A DNA stretch of 59,487 nt from Pseudomonadota bacterium (GTDB lineage Bacteria; Myxococcota_A; UBA796; GCA-2862545), in the NCBI GenBank assembly GCA_947475315.1, contig CANJMY010000010.1, forward strand, positions 1-59,487, written 5' to 3'. Below are positions 40,631-50,955 of this stretch, piece by piece. The translations under genes were made by a program, and so were the position numbers. A model generated the notes under the pieces. It saw only the letters and a program-made list of their open reading frames with translations. It made no database searches and had not been told where the DNA came from. Within the stretch, counting starts at the first letter, position 1, and every line of letters starts with the position of its first letter.

Positions 40631-43021
40631 ATGCCCGAGACCCCTCCGATCGACCGCGCCTCCGCTCTCCGCCGCTGGGCGGTGCTGTGCGTCGTCGCGC
40701 TGTGCACGGCGGTCTTTGTGGTCGACTGGGGCGGCGTCCCGCGCGAGGTGCTGCGCGTCGGGGACGTCGCAGAGCGCTCGGTCAAGGCACCTTTCTCGTT
40801 CTCGTGGACCGACCTCGCGTCGTGGGACGCGGCGCGCGCCAACGGGCGTGAGGCGGTGCCGCCCGTGTTCACGCTCGACACGTCCGTGGCGCTCAGAACG
40901 GTCGACCGCGTGGGGCAGGCCTTCGCCGCCGCGCGCGACGCCATGGCCGCCGCCTCGCCGCGCGAGCAGGCCGCCGCGGCGCGCGCCGCCACGCACACGC
41001 TCGCGCTGACGCTCGCCGTCCCGCAGCTGGAAGGGGACCTCAAGCCGCTCGCGGACGCCGGCTTCCCCGTCCTCGCGCAGGACATGATCGGCCGCTGGAT
41101 CCAGGCGGCCTACGCGGATCGATTCGTGGTGGCGGATCGCGCCGCGCTGCCGCGCGCGGGGGCCCAGCTCCGGCTCGTGTCCGGTCAAGACGCCCGCGAT
41201 CTGCCCGTGGACGAGCGCTTCCTGACGCCCGAGGAGCTGCGCGAGCGGCTGACCCTGGCCGCCATCCAAGACGTGCGCTCCGCCACCTGGGGACCGTCGG
41301 CCGAGGCCCTAGGCCGCGCGTTGGTGGCGCCCAACCTGACGCCCGACGTCGCCCGCACCGAGTCTGAGCGCAGCGCGGCTGAGGCGGCGATCGTGCCTGA
41401 GCCGATCGTTGTGCAGCGCGGCGAGACGTTGTTCCGCGAGGGCGACAAGCTCGGCCCCACCGAGATCGCCCGGTACGAGGCGCTGCAGCGCGGCCGCACG
41501 GATCACGGCCCGGCGCTCCAGCTCGCGTCCACCATGGGCTTCTTGCTGCTGATCATGGCCACGCTCTCGCTGGGCCGTCGCCGCGGCGAGACGGAGGATG
41601 AGGACACCCGCGAGCTGGCGGCGGTCGGTGTGCTCGTCGTGCTCACCGCGTTCCTGGCGCGCGTGGTGGTGGCGGCGGCGCCCGGTGTGGCCGACATGGT
41701 CGGGCACGACATGTCGCCTGAGGCCGTCTGGTACATGGCGCCCGTGGCGGGCGGCGCCATGCTGGTGCGCATCCTGATGGGCGCGCGTCGGGCGATGTTC
41801 TACGCGGCGGCGGCGGCGGCGGTCTGTGGTCTGCTGATGCAGCTCGACGCGCTGCTGGTCGTGTACTTCCTGCTGGTGGGCGTGGTGGCGGCGTCGCGGG
41901 TGGACGCCTCGCAGGAGCGCCTGAGCATCCTGCGGGCGGCGCTGGTGTCGGGCCTGATCGGCGCGCTGACCGTGCTGGTGCTGCACTTCGTGCGCATGTA
42001 CCAGGGCGACGGCGAGCTCTCCCTGGCCAACACGATCGGCCCGCTGTGGTCGATGTCGGCGGCGGTGATCGGCGGCGTGCTGTCCGGCTTCTTGGTGCTT
42101 GCGCTCGTGCCGCTCTTTGAGCTGCTGGGCTTCGTCACCGACAACCGCATGCTGGAGCTCGCGAGCCTGAACCACCCGCTGCTCCGCCAGCTGATGCTGC
42201 GCGCGCCGGGCACCTACCACCACTCGGTGATCGTCGGCACGTTGGCCGAGGCGGGGTGCGAGGTGATCGGCGCGAACTCGCTCCAGGCCAAGATCGCGTC
42301 GTACTTCCACGACATCGGCAAGTCGCAGCGGCCCCGGTACTTCGTGGAGAACCAGCGCGGCGGCGCCAACCCCCACGGTGAGCTGGAGCCCGCGGACTCA
42401 GCCGCCATCCTGGTGGGCCACGTGGTCGAGGGCGCGCGCATGGCGCGGGAGCACAAGCTCCCCAAGCCCATCATCGACAACATCCTCATGCACCACGGCA
42501 CGGGGATCATCCAGTACTTCTATGACCGCGCGCGCAGCCAGGCGGACCAGCCGTCGCAGGTCGACGAGACGTCGTACCGCTACCCGGGCCCCAAGCCGAA
42601 CACGCGCGAGGCGGGCGTGATCATGCTGGCCGACAAGGTCGAGGCGGCCACGCGCACCATCCGCAACCCGACGGAGGACAACATCCGCGCGATGATCCAG
42701 CGGATCGTCACGTCGGTGCTCAACGACCACCAGTTCACCAACTGCCCGTTGACCTTCCAGGAGATCCACGCGGTCAACGAGACGTTCGTGAAGGTGCTGG
42801 TCGGCATCCACCACCAGCGCATCGAATACCCGGACACCGCGTCGATCAGCCAGGCCCCCGCGGTGCGTCCGCAGCCCCGCCAGGACGACTACGAGGCCGT
42901 GCACAACGTGGTCGAGCTGGACCCTGTCGCCATGAACCCGGCCGCCCGCTGGCACCGCGACGACCTGACCGACGAGACCACCGACTACGAGTCGCTGCGC
43001 AACCTGCCCGGGGGGAAGTGA
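40631..43021 (+). CDS. 7TM receptor with intracellular HD hydrolase (7TMR-HD/HDIG, YqfF-like)
   Basis: Signal-anchor plus extracellular 7TMR-HDED-like domain, seven TM helices, and an HDIG domain with HDIGK and MHHG. Sits between phoH and ybeY, as B. subtilis yqfF does. Confidence 0.85.
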   Translation: MPETPPIDRASALRRWAVLCVVALCTAVFVVDWGGVPREVLRVGDVAERSVKAPFSFSWTDLASWDAARANGREAVPPVFTLDTSVALRTVDRVGQAFAAARDAMAAASPREQAAAARAATHTLALTLAVPQLEGDLKPLADAGFPVLAQDMIGRWIQAAYADRFVVADRAALPRAGAQLRLVSGQDARDLPVDERFLTPEELRERLTLAAIQDVRSATWGPSAEALGRALVAPNLTPDVARTESERSAAEAAIVPEPIVVQRGETLFREGDKLGPTEIARYEALQRGRTDHGPALQLASTMGFLLLIMATLSLGRRRGETEDEDTRELAAVGVLVVLTAFLARVVVAAAPGVADMVGHDMSPEAVWYMAPVAGGAMLVRILMGARRAMFYAAAAAAVCGLLMQLDALLVVYFLLVGVVAASRVDASQERLSILRAALVSGLIGALTVLVLHFVRMYQGDGELSLANTIGPLWSMSAAVIGGVLSGFLVLALVPLFELLGFVTDNRMLELASLNHPLLRQLMLRAPGTYHHSVIVGTLAEAGCEVIGANSLQAKIASYFHDIGKSQRPRYFVENQRGGANPHGELEPADSAAILVGHVVEGARMAREHKLPKPIIDNILMHHGTGIIQYFYDRARSQADQPSQVDETSYRYPGPKPNTREAGVIMLADKVEAATRTIRNPTEDNIRAMIQRIVTSVLNDHQFTNCPLTFQEIHAVNETFVKVLVGIHHQRIEYPDTASISQAPAVRPQPRQDDYEAVHNVVELDPVAMNPAARWHRDDLTDETTDYESLRNLPGGK

Positions 43022-43492
43022 ATGGAGATCGACGTCACGATCGAGGACGGCGTCGTCGCCGACGGCAGCGCCATCGAGGCCGACGCGCGCCGCGTGCTGG
43101 AGGCGCTGGACCTCGACGAGCCCGAGCTGTCGATCGTGCTGACCGACGACGCCCGCATCAAGGCGCTCAACGCCACCTGGCGCGACAAGGACGTCGCCAC
43201 CGACGTGCTCTCGTTCCCGCAGCAGGAGGACGAGGACGTGGTGGGCGGCTTGCTCGGGGATCTGGTGATCAGCGTCGAGACCGCCGCAGCCCAGGCCGCC
43301 GAGGTCGGCCACGACCTGCAGACCGAGCTGCGCGTGCTGCTCGTCCACGGCCTCTGCCACTTGCTCGGCTACGACCACTTGGCGCCCGACGAGGCCGCCG
43401 CCATGCGCGACGAGGAGCAGCGCCTGCTCACCGTGCTGTTTGGAGCCACCGCGGCCGCTGGTCTTGTGGAGCGGGCGGGCATCGTCGGTTAG
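43022..43492 (+). CDS. ybeY: Endoribonuclease YbeY (rRNA maturation factor)
   Basis: HGLCHLLGYDH zinc-binding motif at ~150 aa. Confidence 0.9.
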   Translation: MEIDVTIEDGVVADGSAIEADARRVLEALDLDEPELSIVLTDDARIKALNATWRDKDVATDVLSFPQQEDEDVVGGLLGDLVISVETAAAQAAEVGHDLQTELRVLLVHGLCHLLGYDHLAPDEAAAMRDEEQRLLTVLFGATAAAGLVERAGIVG

Positions 43493-43535
43493 GGCGCGCG
43501 GCCGGTGCCCGTGAGGGCGCCACCGAGGGTTCTCC

Positions 43536-44667
43536 ATGGTCGACGACATCCGCGCTGCGATCCAGCCGCTCTCAGCGCGTGTCGACGCGCTGTGGGGGCA
43601 CCTTTGACATCGGACCCAAGGTCGAACAGCTCGCTGAGCTAGACCGTCAGGCGTCCATGCCGGAGTTCTGGTTGGACGCCGCCGCCGCCCAGAAGATCCT
43701 CAAGAACAAGGGTCAGGTCGAGCGCACGGTGAGCGACTGGAAGGAGGTCAAGAGCCTCCGAGACGACGTGATCACGCTCGCGGATCTGTCGCAAGAGATG
43801 GACGACGACGCCACGGCGGACGAGGCGCGCGCCGCGCTCGCGGAGCTGGAGAAGAAGCTCGATGGCCTGGAGACGCGCCGCCTGCTGTCGTCGGAGTCCG
43901 ACAACAGCGACGCGATCGTGGAGATCAACCCCGGCGCGGGCGGCGTGGACGCCGCGGACTGGGCCGGCATGCTCATGCGCATGTACACCCGCTGGGCCGA
44001 GAAGAACGGCTTCACCGTGGAGATGTTCGACCGTCAGGACGGCGAGGAGGCCGGCATCCGCAGCGCCAGCTTCGCGGTGCGCGGGCCCTACGCCTTCGGC
44101 CAGCTCCAGTCCGAGATGGGCGTGCACCGCCTGGTGCGCATCAGCCCCTTCGACCAGAACGCGCGCCGTCACACCGCGTTCGCCGCCGTGAACACCTACC
44201 CAGAGATCGACGACGACATCCAGATCGATCTCAACCCCGCGGACATCGAGTTCAGCGCGATGCGCGCGTCCGGCGCGGGCGGACAGTCGGTCAACACCAC
44301 CGACTCCGCAGTCCGCTTGATCCACCGCCCCACGGGCATCGCCGTGAAGTGCTCGGCCGAGCGCAGCCAGCTGCAGAACCGCGAGAAGGCGATGAAGATG
44401 CTGCGCGCGCGGCTCTACCAGCTCGAGATCGAGCGGCGTCAGTCCGTGCAGAACGAGCTCAACGCCGCCAAGAAGAAGATCGACTTCGGCAGCCAGATCC
44501 GCTCCTACGTGCTGGCGCCCTACCAGATGGTGAAGGACCTGCGCACAGGCTTCTCGGTCGGCGACGTGGACCGCGTGCTCGACGGCGAGCTCGGGAACTT
44601 CATGTCCTCGTGGCTCGCGGCGCGGGCGGAAGGTCGCCTGGGCGACGTGCAGGACGCGGACGACTAG
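43536..44667 (+). CDS. prfB: Peptide chain release factor 2, encoded as join(43536..43604, 43606..44667) with a programmed +1 frameshift
   Basis: Frame 0 reads MVDDIRAAIQPLSARVDALWGHL then TGA. After CTT-TGA-C the +1 frame continues DIGPKVEQLAELDRQ...SPF...GGQ (the GGQ motif as SGAGGQSVN). Confidence 0.9.
43593..43607 (+). other. RF2 autoregulatory +1 frameshift site (internal SD-like GGGGG, CTT TGA C)
   Basis: tgggggcacCTTTGAc. This matches the canonical prfB recoding cassette: SD-like element 3 nt upstream of CUU, then in-frame UGA followed by C. Confidence 0.85.
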
Positions 44668-44696
44668 TCGGTTGGTTGTGGGCCCTCTACCAAGGC

Positions 44697-46256
44697 ATGA
44701 CGATGTACGAGTTCGACGCAGAGTTCGTGGCCAAGACCGAGGCGATGCGCGCCGCGGGGGTCAACCCGTACCCCAACGGCATGCAGCCCACGCATGTGTC
44801 CAGCGCGCTCCACAAGCGCTTCTTGGGCGTGGACGATCCGGCGACGGATCCGACCAGCCTGGACGTGGCGGTCGGCGGCCGCGTGATGTTCCGCAACCGC
44901 ATGGGCAAGGCCATGTTCCTGCGCGTGCAGGACCGCGGCGAGGCGGTGGTGATCGGCACGGACGCCGAAGGCCAGCCCATCGTCCGTGACGGCATCATCC
45001 AGGTCTACGCGCGCCAGGAGGAGATCGGCGTCGAGGCGTTTGAGCAGCTCAAGGCGCTCGACATCGGCGACTTCGTGTTCGCGCGGGGCCACCTCATGCG
45101 CACCAAGACCGGCGAGCTGTCGGTCCAGGCGCACCAAGCGCAGCTCGCCGGCAAGATCCTCAACACCTTCCCGGACCGCTTCCACGGCGTGGCCGACGTC
45201 GAGCTGCGCAGCCGCCAGCGCTACGTCGACCTGTTCATGAACGGCGACACCCGAGACACCTTCCGCACGCGCAGCCGCGTGGTGCGCTTCGTGCGGGACT
45301 TCTTTGAGGCGCGCGACTTCCTGGAGGTCGAGACGCCCATGATGCAGACGATCCCCGGCGGCGCCACGGCCCGCCCGTTCGTCACGCACCACAACGCGCT
45401 CGACATGCCGCTCTACCTGCGCGTCGCGCCCGAGCTGTTCCTCAAGCGCCTGCTGGTGGGCGGCCTGGAGCGCGTGTTCGAGATCAACCGCAACTTCCGC
45501 AACGAGGGGATCAGCGTCAAGCACAACCCCGAGTTCACCATGCTGGAGTTCTACCAGGCGTGGGCCACCTACGAGGACCTCATCGAGCTCACCCAGGACC
45601 TGCTGGTCGGCCTGGTGCACAAGCTCAAGGGTGAGAACCTCACGGTGGAGTTCGCGGGCAAGTCCATCAACTTCACGCCGCCTTTCCGCCGCGCGGACAT
45701 GGACGAGCTGATCGCCGAGACGCTGTCCGTCCCGCGCGAGTCGCTGCGCGATCCGGCCTTCTGCGAGGCCTGGTGGCGCGCGCACCACACGGTCGCCCAC
45801 GACCAGAAGCTGCCCACCACCTGGGGCCGCTGGTGGGAGATCCTGTTCGGCGAGCACGTCGAGCACACGCTGATCAACCCGACCTTCGTCACCGGCTTCC
45901 CCGCTGAGATCTCGCCCCTGGCGCGTCGCAATGACGCCGACCCCACCCGCGTCGACCGCTTCGAGATGATCGTGGCCGGCTGGGAGCTGGCGAACGCGTT
46001 CAGCGAGCTCAACGACCCGGTCGACCAGGCGGCCCGCTTCCAGGCCCAGGTGGACGCCCGCGACTCGGGCGACGACGAGGCCATGCACTTCGACGCCGAC
46101 TACATTCGCGCCCTGACCTACGGCATGCCGCCCGCGGCCGGGCAGGGGATCGGCATCGACCGCCTCGTGATGCTGCTCACGGGTCGTACGTCGATTCGTG
46201 AAGTGATCCTGTTCCCGACCTTGCGCCCCGAGCGTGCGCAGGCGACCGGGGAGTGA
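44697..46256 (+). CDS. lysS: Lysine--tRNA ligase (class II)
   Basis: N-terminal OB anticodon-binding domain and class II motifs (FRNEG; motif 3 GIGIDRLVML). Follows prfB as in E. coli. Confidence 0.9.
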   Translation: MTMYEFDAEFVAKTEAMRAAGVNPYPNGMQPTHVSSALHKRFLGVDDPATDPTSLDVAVGGRVMFRNRMGKAMFLRVQDRGEAVVIGTDAEGQPIVRDGIIQVYARQEEIGVEAFEQLKALDIGDFVFARGHLMRTKTGELSVQAHQAQLAGKILNTFPDRFHGVADVELRSRQRYVDLFMNGDTRDTFRTRSRVVRFVRDFFEARDFLEVETPMMQTIPGGATARPFVTHHNALDMPLYLRVAPELFLKRLLVGGLERVFEINRNFRNEGISVKHNPEFTMLEFYQAWATYEDLIELTQDLLVGLVHKLKGENLTVEFAGKSINFTPPFRRADMDELIAETLSVPRESLRDPAFCEAWWRAHHTVAHDQKLPTTWGRWWEILFGEHVEHTLINPTFVTGFPAEISPLARRNDADPTRVDRFEMIVAGWELANAFSELNDPVDQAARFQAQVDARDSGDDEAMHFDADYIRALTYGMPPAAGQGIGIDRLVMLLTGRTSIREVILFPTLRPERAQATGE

Positions 46257-46303
46257 TTCAAAAACACCCTTCCTCCTAGAACGGGGAGGGGCCTTGGAGC
46301 GCC

Positions 46304-47689
46304 ATGGACACGCCGGCCCCGGTGGCGGAGGCAGGCCAACCCTCGACCACGCCGGTCGACTTCGACCGCCTCCCGGCGGTGGAGGGTCGCCGCGCGTTCA
46401 GCGCCGAGTGGTGGCTGGCGCGCGGGCATCTCAAGGCGGGGTCGGGCGAGCTGTTCGTGTCGTTGATCACGGCCCTGTCCATCCTGGGCGTGGTGCTTGG
46501 TGTGGCCGTGCTCGACTGCGTCCTGGCGGTGATGAGCGGCTTTGAGATCGACCTGCGCGACAAGATCCTGGGCGCCAACGCGCACGTGGTCGTGATGCGC
46601 CTGGGCGGCGGGGTGGAGGCAACCCCCGAGCTGCTCAAGACGGTCGAGGACGTCCCGGGCGTCGAGCACGCCGCGCCCTTCGTCTACAGCGAGATGATGA
46701 TCCGCTCGCGGTTTGGCACCAGCGGCGTGGTGTTCAAGGGCGTCGACCCGGAGCGCACGGGCGCCGTGACCGAGGTCCTCAACCAGATCCAGCGCGGCGT
46801 GGACGGCAAGTCCGACACCGAGGCCCAGAAGCGCGCCGTGTTCACCTCGCTCGTGGGAACCCTGACGGGCGTGGGCCCCGACGGCGACACCGCCTACCCC
46901 ACGATGATCGTCGGCAACGAGCTGGCGACCGACCTACAGGTCGAGCCGGGCGACGTGGTCCAGGTGATCAACCCGCTGGGCTCGGGCCCGTCCATGATGG
47001 GCATGCCCACGCCCACGGTGCGCAGCTTCCGCGTGGCCGGCATCTTCCACAGCGGGATGTTCGAGTACGACACCAAGTGGACCTACGTGAGCGTGGCGGC
47101 CGCCCAGGACTTCCTCAAGCAGCCCAACACCGTCACGGGCATCGAGATCCGGGTCAAGGACATCGACGCCGTCGAGCCGATCTCCCGCGAGATCGAGGGC
47201 AAGCTCGGCTACCCGTTCTACGCGCGCCACTGGCGCAACCTCAACCAGTCGCTGTTTGAGGCCCTGGCCTTGGAGAAGCTGGTGATGGGGCTGATCCTGA
47301 GCCTGATCAGCGGCGTCGCGGGCCTGCTCATCATCTCCAACCTGTACATGATGGTGCTGACGAAGCGCCGCGAGATCGCCATCCTCAAGGCCATGGGGGC
47401 GGGCGCGGGCACCGTGCTGCGCGTGTTCGTCATGGTCGGCGCGGTCATCGGGCTGGTCGGGGCTACGCTGGGGACCCTGCTCGGATACGCGGGCTGCCTG
47501 TTCCTGGCCTGGTACCAGTGGCCGCTGGAGACCGACGTGTACTACCTCTCCAGCCTCCCGGTGGTGTTCGAGCCCGAGAACTTCGCGTCCAGCGCGATCG
47601 TCGCGCTGCTGATCTGCCTGCTGGCCACGGTCTACCCGGCCTACCGCGCCGCTTCGCTCGACCCGGTCGAGGGGCTTCGGTACGAATGA
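46304..47689 (+). CDS. Lipoprotein-releasing system permease (LolC/LolE, FtsX-like)
   Basis: MacB-like periplasmic domain between TM1 and TM2, and a C-terminal FtsX 3-TM bundle (ILKAMGAG). Confidence 0.8.
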   Translation: MDTPAPVAEAGQPSTTPVDFDRLPAVEGRRAFSAEWWLARGHLKAGSGELFVSLITALSILGVVLGVAVLDCVLAVMSGFEIDLRDKILGANAHVVVMRLGGGVEATPELLKTVEDVPGVEHAAPFVYSEMMIRSRFGTSGVVFKGVDPERTGAVTEVLNQIQRGVDGKSDTEAQKRAVFTSLVGTLTGVGPDGDTAYPTMIVGNELATDLQVEPGDVVQVINPLGSGPSMMGMPTPTVRSFRVAGIFHSGMFEYDTKWTYVSVAAAQDFLKQPNTVTGIEIRVKDIDAVEPISREIEGKLGYPFYARHWRNLNQSLFEALALEKLVMGLILSLISGVAGLLIISNLYMMVLTKRREIAILKAMGAGAGTVLRVFVMVGAVIGLVGATLGTLLGYAGCLFLAWYQWPLETDVYYLSSLPVVFEPENFASSAIVALLICLLATVYPAYRAASLDPVEGLRYE

Positions 47690-48366
47690 CGGGCGTCGCG
47701 GTCAAGGTGGTGGGCGTCTCCAAGACGTACCAGAAGGGCGGGGAGCAGATCCGCGTCCTCCAGGACGTGAACCTGTCGCTGGAGCCCGGCGAGCAGGTGG
47801 CGATCATCGGTCCGTCCGGGAGCGGAAAGTCGAGCTTCCTCCACATGCTCGGCCTGCTGGATCGAGCGTCGGCGGGCAAGGTCCTGCTCGACGGCGTGGA
47901 CGTGGACACCCTGTCCGGCGGCGCGCGGGATCAGCTGCGCAACGGCAAGATCGGGTTCGTATTCCAGTCGCACAACCTGCTCCCCGAGCATGACGCGCTG
48001 GGCAACGTGATGGTGCCGGTCCGGCTGGGTGGCGGCACGGTCGCCACCGCCCGAGCGCGCGCGGAGGCCGTCCTGGGCGCGGTCGGCCTGGGGCACCGCC
48101 TGACCCACAAGCCGGGTGAGCTCTCCGGCGGCGAGCAGCAGCGCGTCGCGCTCGCGCGGGCCCTGGTGATGGGGCCTGGACTGATCCTCGCAGATGAGCC
48201 GACTGGGAACCTGGATCCGGTTACAGCGGGCGGCGTGTTCCACCTGCTGCTTGATCTCCACCGTCAGCTTGGCAGCACATTGGTCGTCGTCACGCACAGC
48301 CACGAGATCGCCGCGCGATTCCCGCGCCGACTCCTCCTGCGTGACGGTCGCTTCGAGGAGGCCTGA
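47686..48366 (+). CDS. lolD: Lipoprotein-releasing system ATP-binding protein LolD
   Basis: Walker [13 protein letters not shown] signature [15 protein letters not shown], and Walker [12 protein letters not shown]. Confidence 0.85.
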   Translation: MTGVAVKVVGVSKTYQKGGEQIRVLQDVNLSLEPGEQVAIIGPSGSGKSSFLHMLGLLDRASAGKVLLDGVDVDTLSGGARDQLRNGKIGFVFQSHNLLPEHDALGNVMVPVRLGGGTVATARARAEAVLGAVGLGHRLTHKPGELSGGEQQRVALARALVMGPGLILADEPTGNLDPVTAGGVFHLLLDLHRQLGSTLVVVTHSHEIAARFPRRLLLRDGRFEEA

Positions 48367-48368
48367 TC

Positions 48369-50819
48369 GTGCGTCGAGCGAAGGCGCTCATCCTCGGTGC
48401 CCTGCTCACGGCTTCGGTCGCGGGCGCGGCGGAGCCTGTGCCCGCGTCGGGCAAGGTGGCGGAGGTCGTGGTCCGCGGCACCCGCTGGATCGAGGAGGCC
48501 GCGGTCCTCGCGAACGTGTCGATGCACGTCGGCGACGCCATCACGTCTGAGCGGGTCCGTCGTGACCTGAACGCGGTGTGGGGTACCGGCTTCTTCCAGG
48601 ACGTGCGGGTGCTGTCCGAGGAGATCCCCGGACGCGGCATGCGCCTGATCTTCCAGGTGGTCGAGAAGCCTTCCGTCACGGACGTGAAGCTGGAAGGCAA
48701 CAAGAAGATCGACGAGGAGGACCTCCGCGACCTGATCGACGTGAAGTCCTTTGGCGTGCTCAACGAGGCCAAGGTCCGCGAGACGGTGAAGCTTCTCCGC
48801 GACAAGTACGTCGAGAAGGGCTTCTACCTGGCGGAGATCAACCCCGAGATCGTCCCCACCGGCGAGAACAGCGTCGACGTCGTCTTCCACATCGTCGAGA
48901 ACCGCAAGGTCATCGTCCAGCGCATCGAGTTCACGGGCAACGACCACGTCGCGGACCGCAAGTTCAAGAAGTACATGCAGACCAAGGAAGGCGGCTTCGC
49001 CCCTTGGTTGTTCAATACCGGCACCTTTGACGCCGAGAAGCTCGAAGGCGACGCCCAGGTCGTCCAGTACGTGCTGCTGGAGGAAGGCTACGTCGACGCC
49101 AAGGTCGACCCGGCCAAGGTCTACCTGTCGCCCGACAAGCGCTACATCTACGTCTCCTTCCACGTCGAAGAGGGCCCGAAGTACGAGATCGGCAGCACCG
49201 ACGTCGGCGGCGACTTCAACGACGAGAAGGGCCTGACCAAGGACGCCGTCGAGCAGATCATCTCGGGCATCGCCACGGTGGACGTGCAGGAAGACCAATG
49301 GCGCGCCGCGCACGGCCGTCACGTCCCCAAGACGCACCCCAAGCGCGGCCCGGAGCTTGAGCCCGGCGAGACCTTCAAGTACTCGACCATGGAGGCGGTG
49401 CGGCAGGCCGTCACCAACCTGTACCAGGACCAGGGCTACGCGTTCGTCAACGTCATCCCGCAGCCCATCCCCAACCACGACACGAACACGGTCGACATCC
49501 GGTTCGACGTGGAGATGGGGGAGCCGCAGCGCGTCGGTCGTATCGACATCAGCGGCAATGACCCCACGTTTGACAAGGTCATCCGCCGCGAGATCCTGGT
49601 GAACGAGGGCGACCTGTACCGCGGGTCGCTGATCGAGGCCTCGAAGGAGCAGCTCATGCGGCTGGGCTTCTTCGAGGACGTGCAGGTGAGCACGCCCAAG
49701 GGCGAGGGCGACAACGTCCTCGACCTCAACGTGAAGGTCACCGAGCAGCCCACGGGCAGCTTCTCGCTCGGCATGGGCTACTCCAACCTGGAGAAGTTCT
49801 CGGTCAACGCCAACGTTCAGAAGAACAACTTCCTGGGCTTGGGCTGGATCGTGAACGCCGCAGTCAACTGGTCCAAGCTCAAGCGGCAGGCCAACCTCGA
49901 CTTCATCGACCCGCACTTCTTGGACTCCGACTGGACCTTCAAGATCAGCGGCTACTGGATCGAGCGGAAGTACCAGCTCGACGAGTTCCAGCGTGGCGCG
50001 TCGATCGGCGTGGGCCGGTACCTGGACCGCCTCGACGACGTCGAGCTGCGCCTGGACTACACGATCGAGGACGTGGGCATCAGCTCGCTCGACGCGTACC
50101 GCAAGCGCCTGCTGGGTGGCGAGCTGTTCCGCAACGGCCTGACCAGCAGCGTTGGCCTGTCCTTCATCCTGGACAAGCGGAACAACAAGATCATCCCGAC
50201 CAAGGGTATCTACACCACCGCGTCCATCAGCATGGCCGGCGGCGCGCGCTCCAACGACAAGCTGGTGTCCGTCCTCGGCGGTGACTTCAACTTCGTCGAG
50301 GCCAAGTTCAACCTGCGCTGGTACCAGCCGCTGATCCCGCACAGCGACATGTTGATCTTCCGCTTCAACTCGTCGGTGGGGGCCGTCTGGTCGACGGACG
50401 GCTCGGTCATCCCCTACATCCACCGCTACCGCGCGGGCGGCATCAACTCCGTGCGCGGCTTCCAGTGGTTCAGCCTCGGCCCCACCATCCGCACCATCCG
50501 CTCGGATGACCCCACCTCGGGTGATGACTCCCTGGTGGTCGGCGGCACGCAGAGCTGGGTGAACAACTTCGAGATCGAGTCGCCGATCGTGAAGGCCGCG
50601 GGCATCAGCCTGGTCGCCTTCTTCGACGCCGGCAACGCGTTCGGAGACCCTTGGGGCCACGGCAACATCAACCCGCTCCAGCTCCGCACCGCGGCCGGCT
50701 TCGGTGTGCGCTGGCGCAGCCCGATCGGCCCGCTGCGCTTCGAGTGGGGCTTCCCGCTGCGCCCGCGCGACGACGAGAAGCACACCGTGTTCGACTTCTC
50801 GATCGGCTCCTTCTTCTAG
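48369..50819 (+). CDS. bamA: Outer-membrane protein assembly factor BamA (Omp85)
   Basis: Signal peptide, five POTRA-like repeats, and a C-terminal 16-strand barrel ending FDFSIGSFF. GTG start. Confidence 0.9.
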   Translation: MRRAKALILGALLTASVAGAAEPVPASGKVAEVVVRGTRWIEEAAVLANVSMHVGDAITSERVRRDLNAVWGTGFFQDVRVLSEEIPGRGMRLIFQVVEKPSVTDVKLEGNKKIDEEDLRDLIDVKSFGVLNEAKVRETVKLLRDKYVEKGFYLAEINPEIVPTGENSVDVVFHIVENRKVIVQRIEFTGNDHVADRKFKKYMQTKEGGFAPWLFNTGTFDAEKLEGDAQVVQYVLLEEGYVDAKVDPAKVYLSPDKRYIYVSFHVEEGPKYEIGSTDVGGDFNDEKGLTKDAVEQIISGIATVDVQEDQWRAAHGRHVPKTHPKRGPELEPGETFKYSTMEAVRQAVTNLYQDQGYAFVNVIPQPIPNHDTNTVDIRFDVEMGEPQRVGRIDISGNDPTFDKVIRREILVNEGDLYRGSLIEASKEQLMRLGFFEDVQVSTPKGEGDNVLDLNVKVTEQPTGSFSLGMGYSNLEKFSVNANVQKNNFLGLGWIVNAAVNWSKLKRQANLDFIDPHFLDSDWTFKISGYWIERKYQLDEFQRGASIGVGRYLDRLDDVELRLDYTIEDVGISSLDAYRKRLLGGELFRNGLTSSVGLSFILDKRNNKIIPTKGIYTTASISMAGGARSNDKLVSVLGGDFNFVEAKFNLRWYQPLIPHSDMLIFRFNSSVGAVWSTDGSVIPYIHRYRAGGINSVRGFQWFSLGPTIRTIRSDDPTSGDDSLVVGGTQSWVNNFEIESPIVKAAGISLVAFFDAGNAFGDPWGHGNINPLQLRTAAGFGVRWRSPIGPLRFEWGFPLRPRDDEKHTVFDFSIGSFF

Positions 50820-50834
50820 CCCCCGACGTCCCCC

Positions 50835-50857
50835 TGACCCGCGCCTCGGACGGGTCA
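50835..50857 (+). terminator. Hairpin just after the bamA stop (TGACCCG-9 nt-CGGGTCA), possible terminator/attenuator without a U-tract
   Basis: Perfect 7-bp GC-rich stem 16 nt after the stop codon. Confidence 0.3.
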
Positions 50858-50955
50858 TGGCGGGTCAAGGGTTCTGTCCCCGAATGGCCGGGTCCCGGCC
50901 GTGACGCTAGAAGGCCCGCCTTCCCACTCCCGCTGCCCTGGTTCCAGGAGGCAAC

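Noticed and set aside
43018-43535. 5' part of the 549-aa ORF that overlaps ybeY and appears to give prfB a long N-terminal extension
   Set aside because: This segment is the +1 frame read through ybeY and has no RF2 homology. The real prfB N-terminus is the short frame-0 segment starting at ATG 43536, joined by the programmed frameshift.
46257-46303. cccttcctcc…ggggagggg palindrome-like element between lysS and the lolC-like gene
   Set aside because: Pairing is imperfect (G-U wobbles and a C-A mismatch). The GGGGAGGGG is more simply the lolC ribosome-binding site.
48264-50858. 864-aa minus-strand ORF opposite bamA
   Set aside because: It is a mirror ORF of bamA with no motifs and an extreme Arg/Asp/Val bias.
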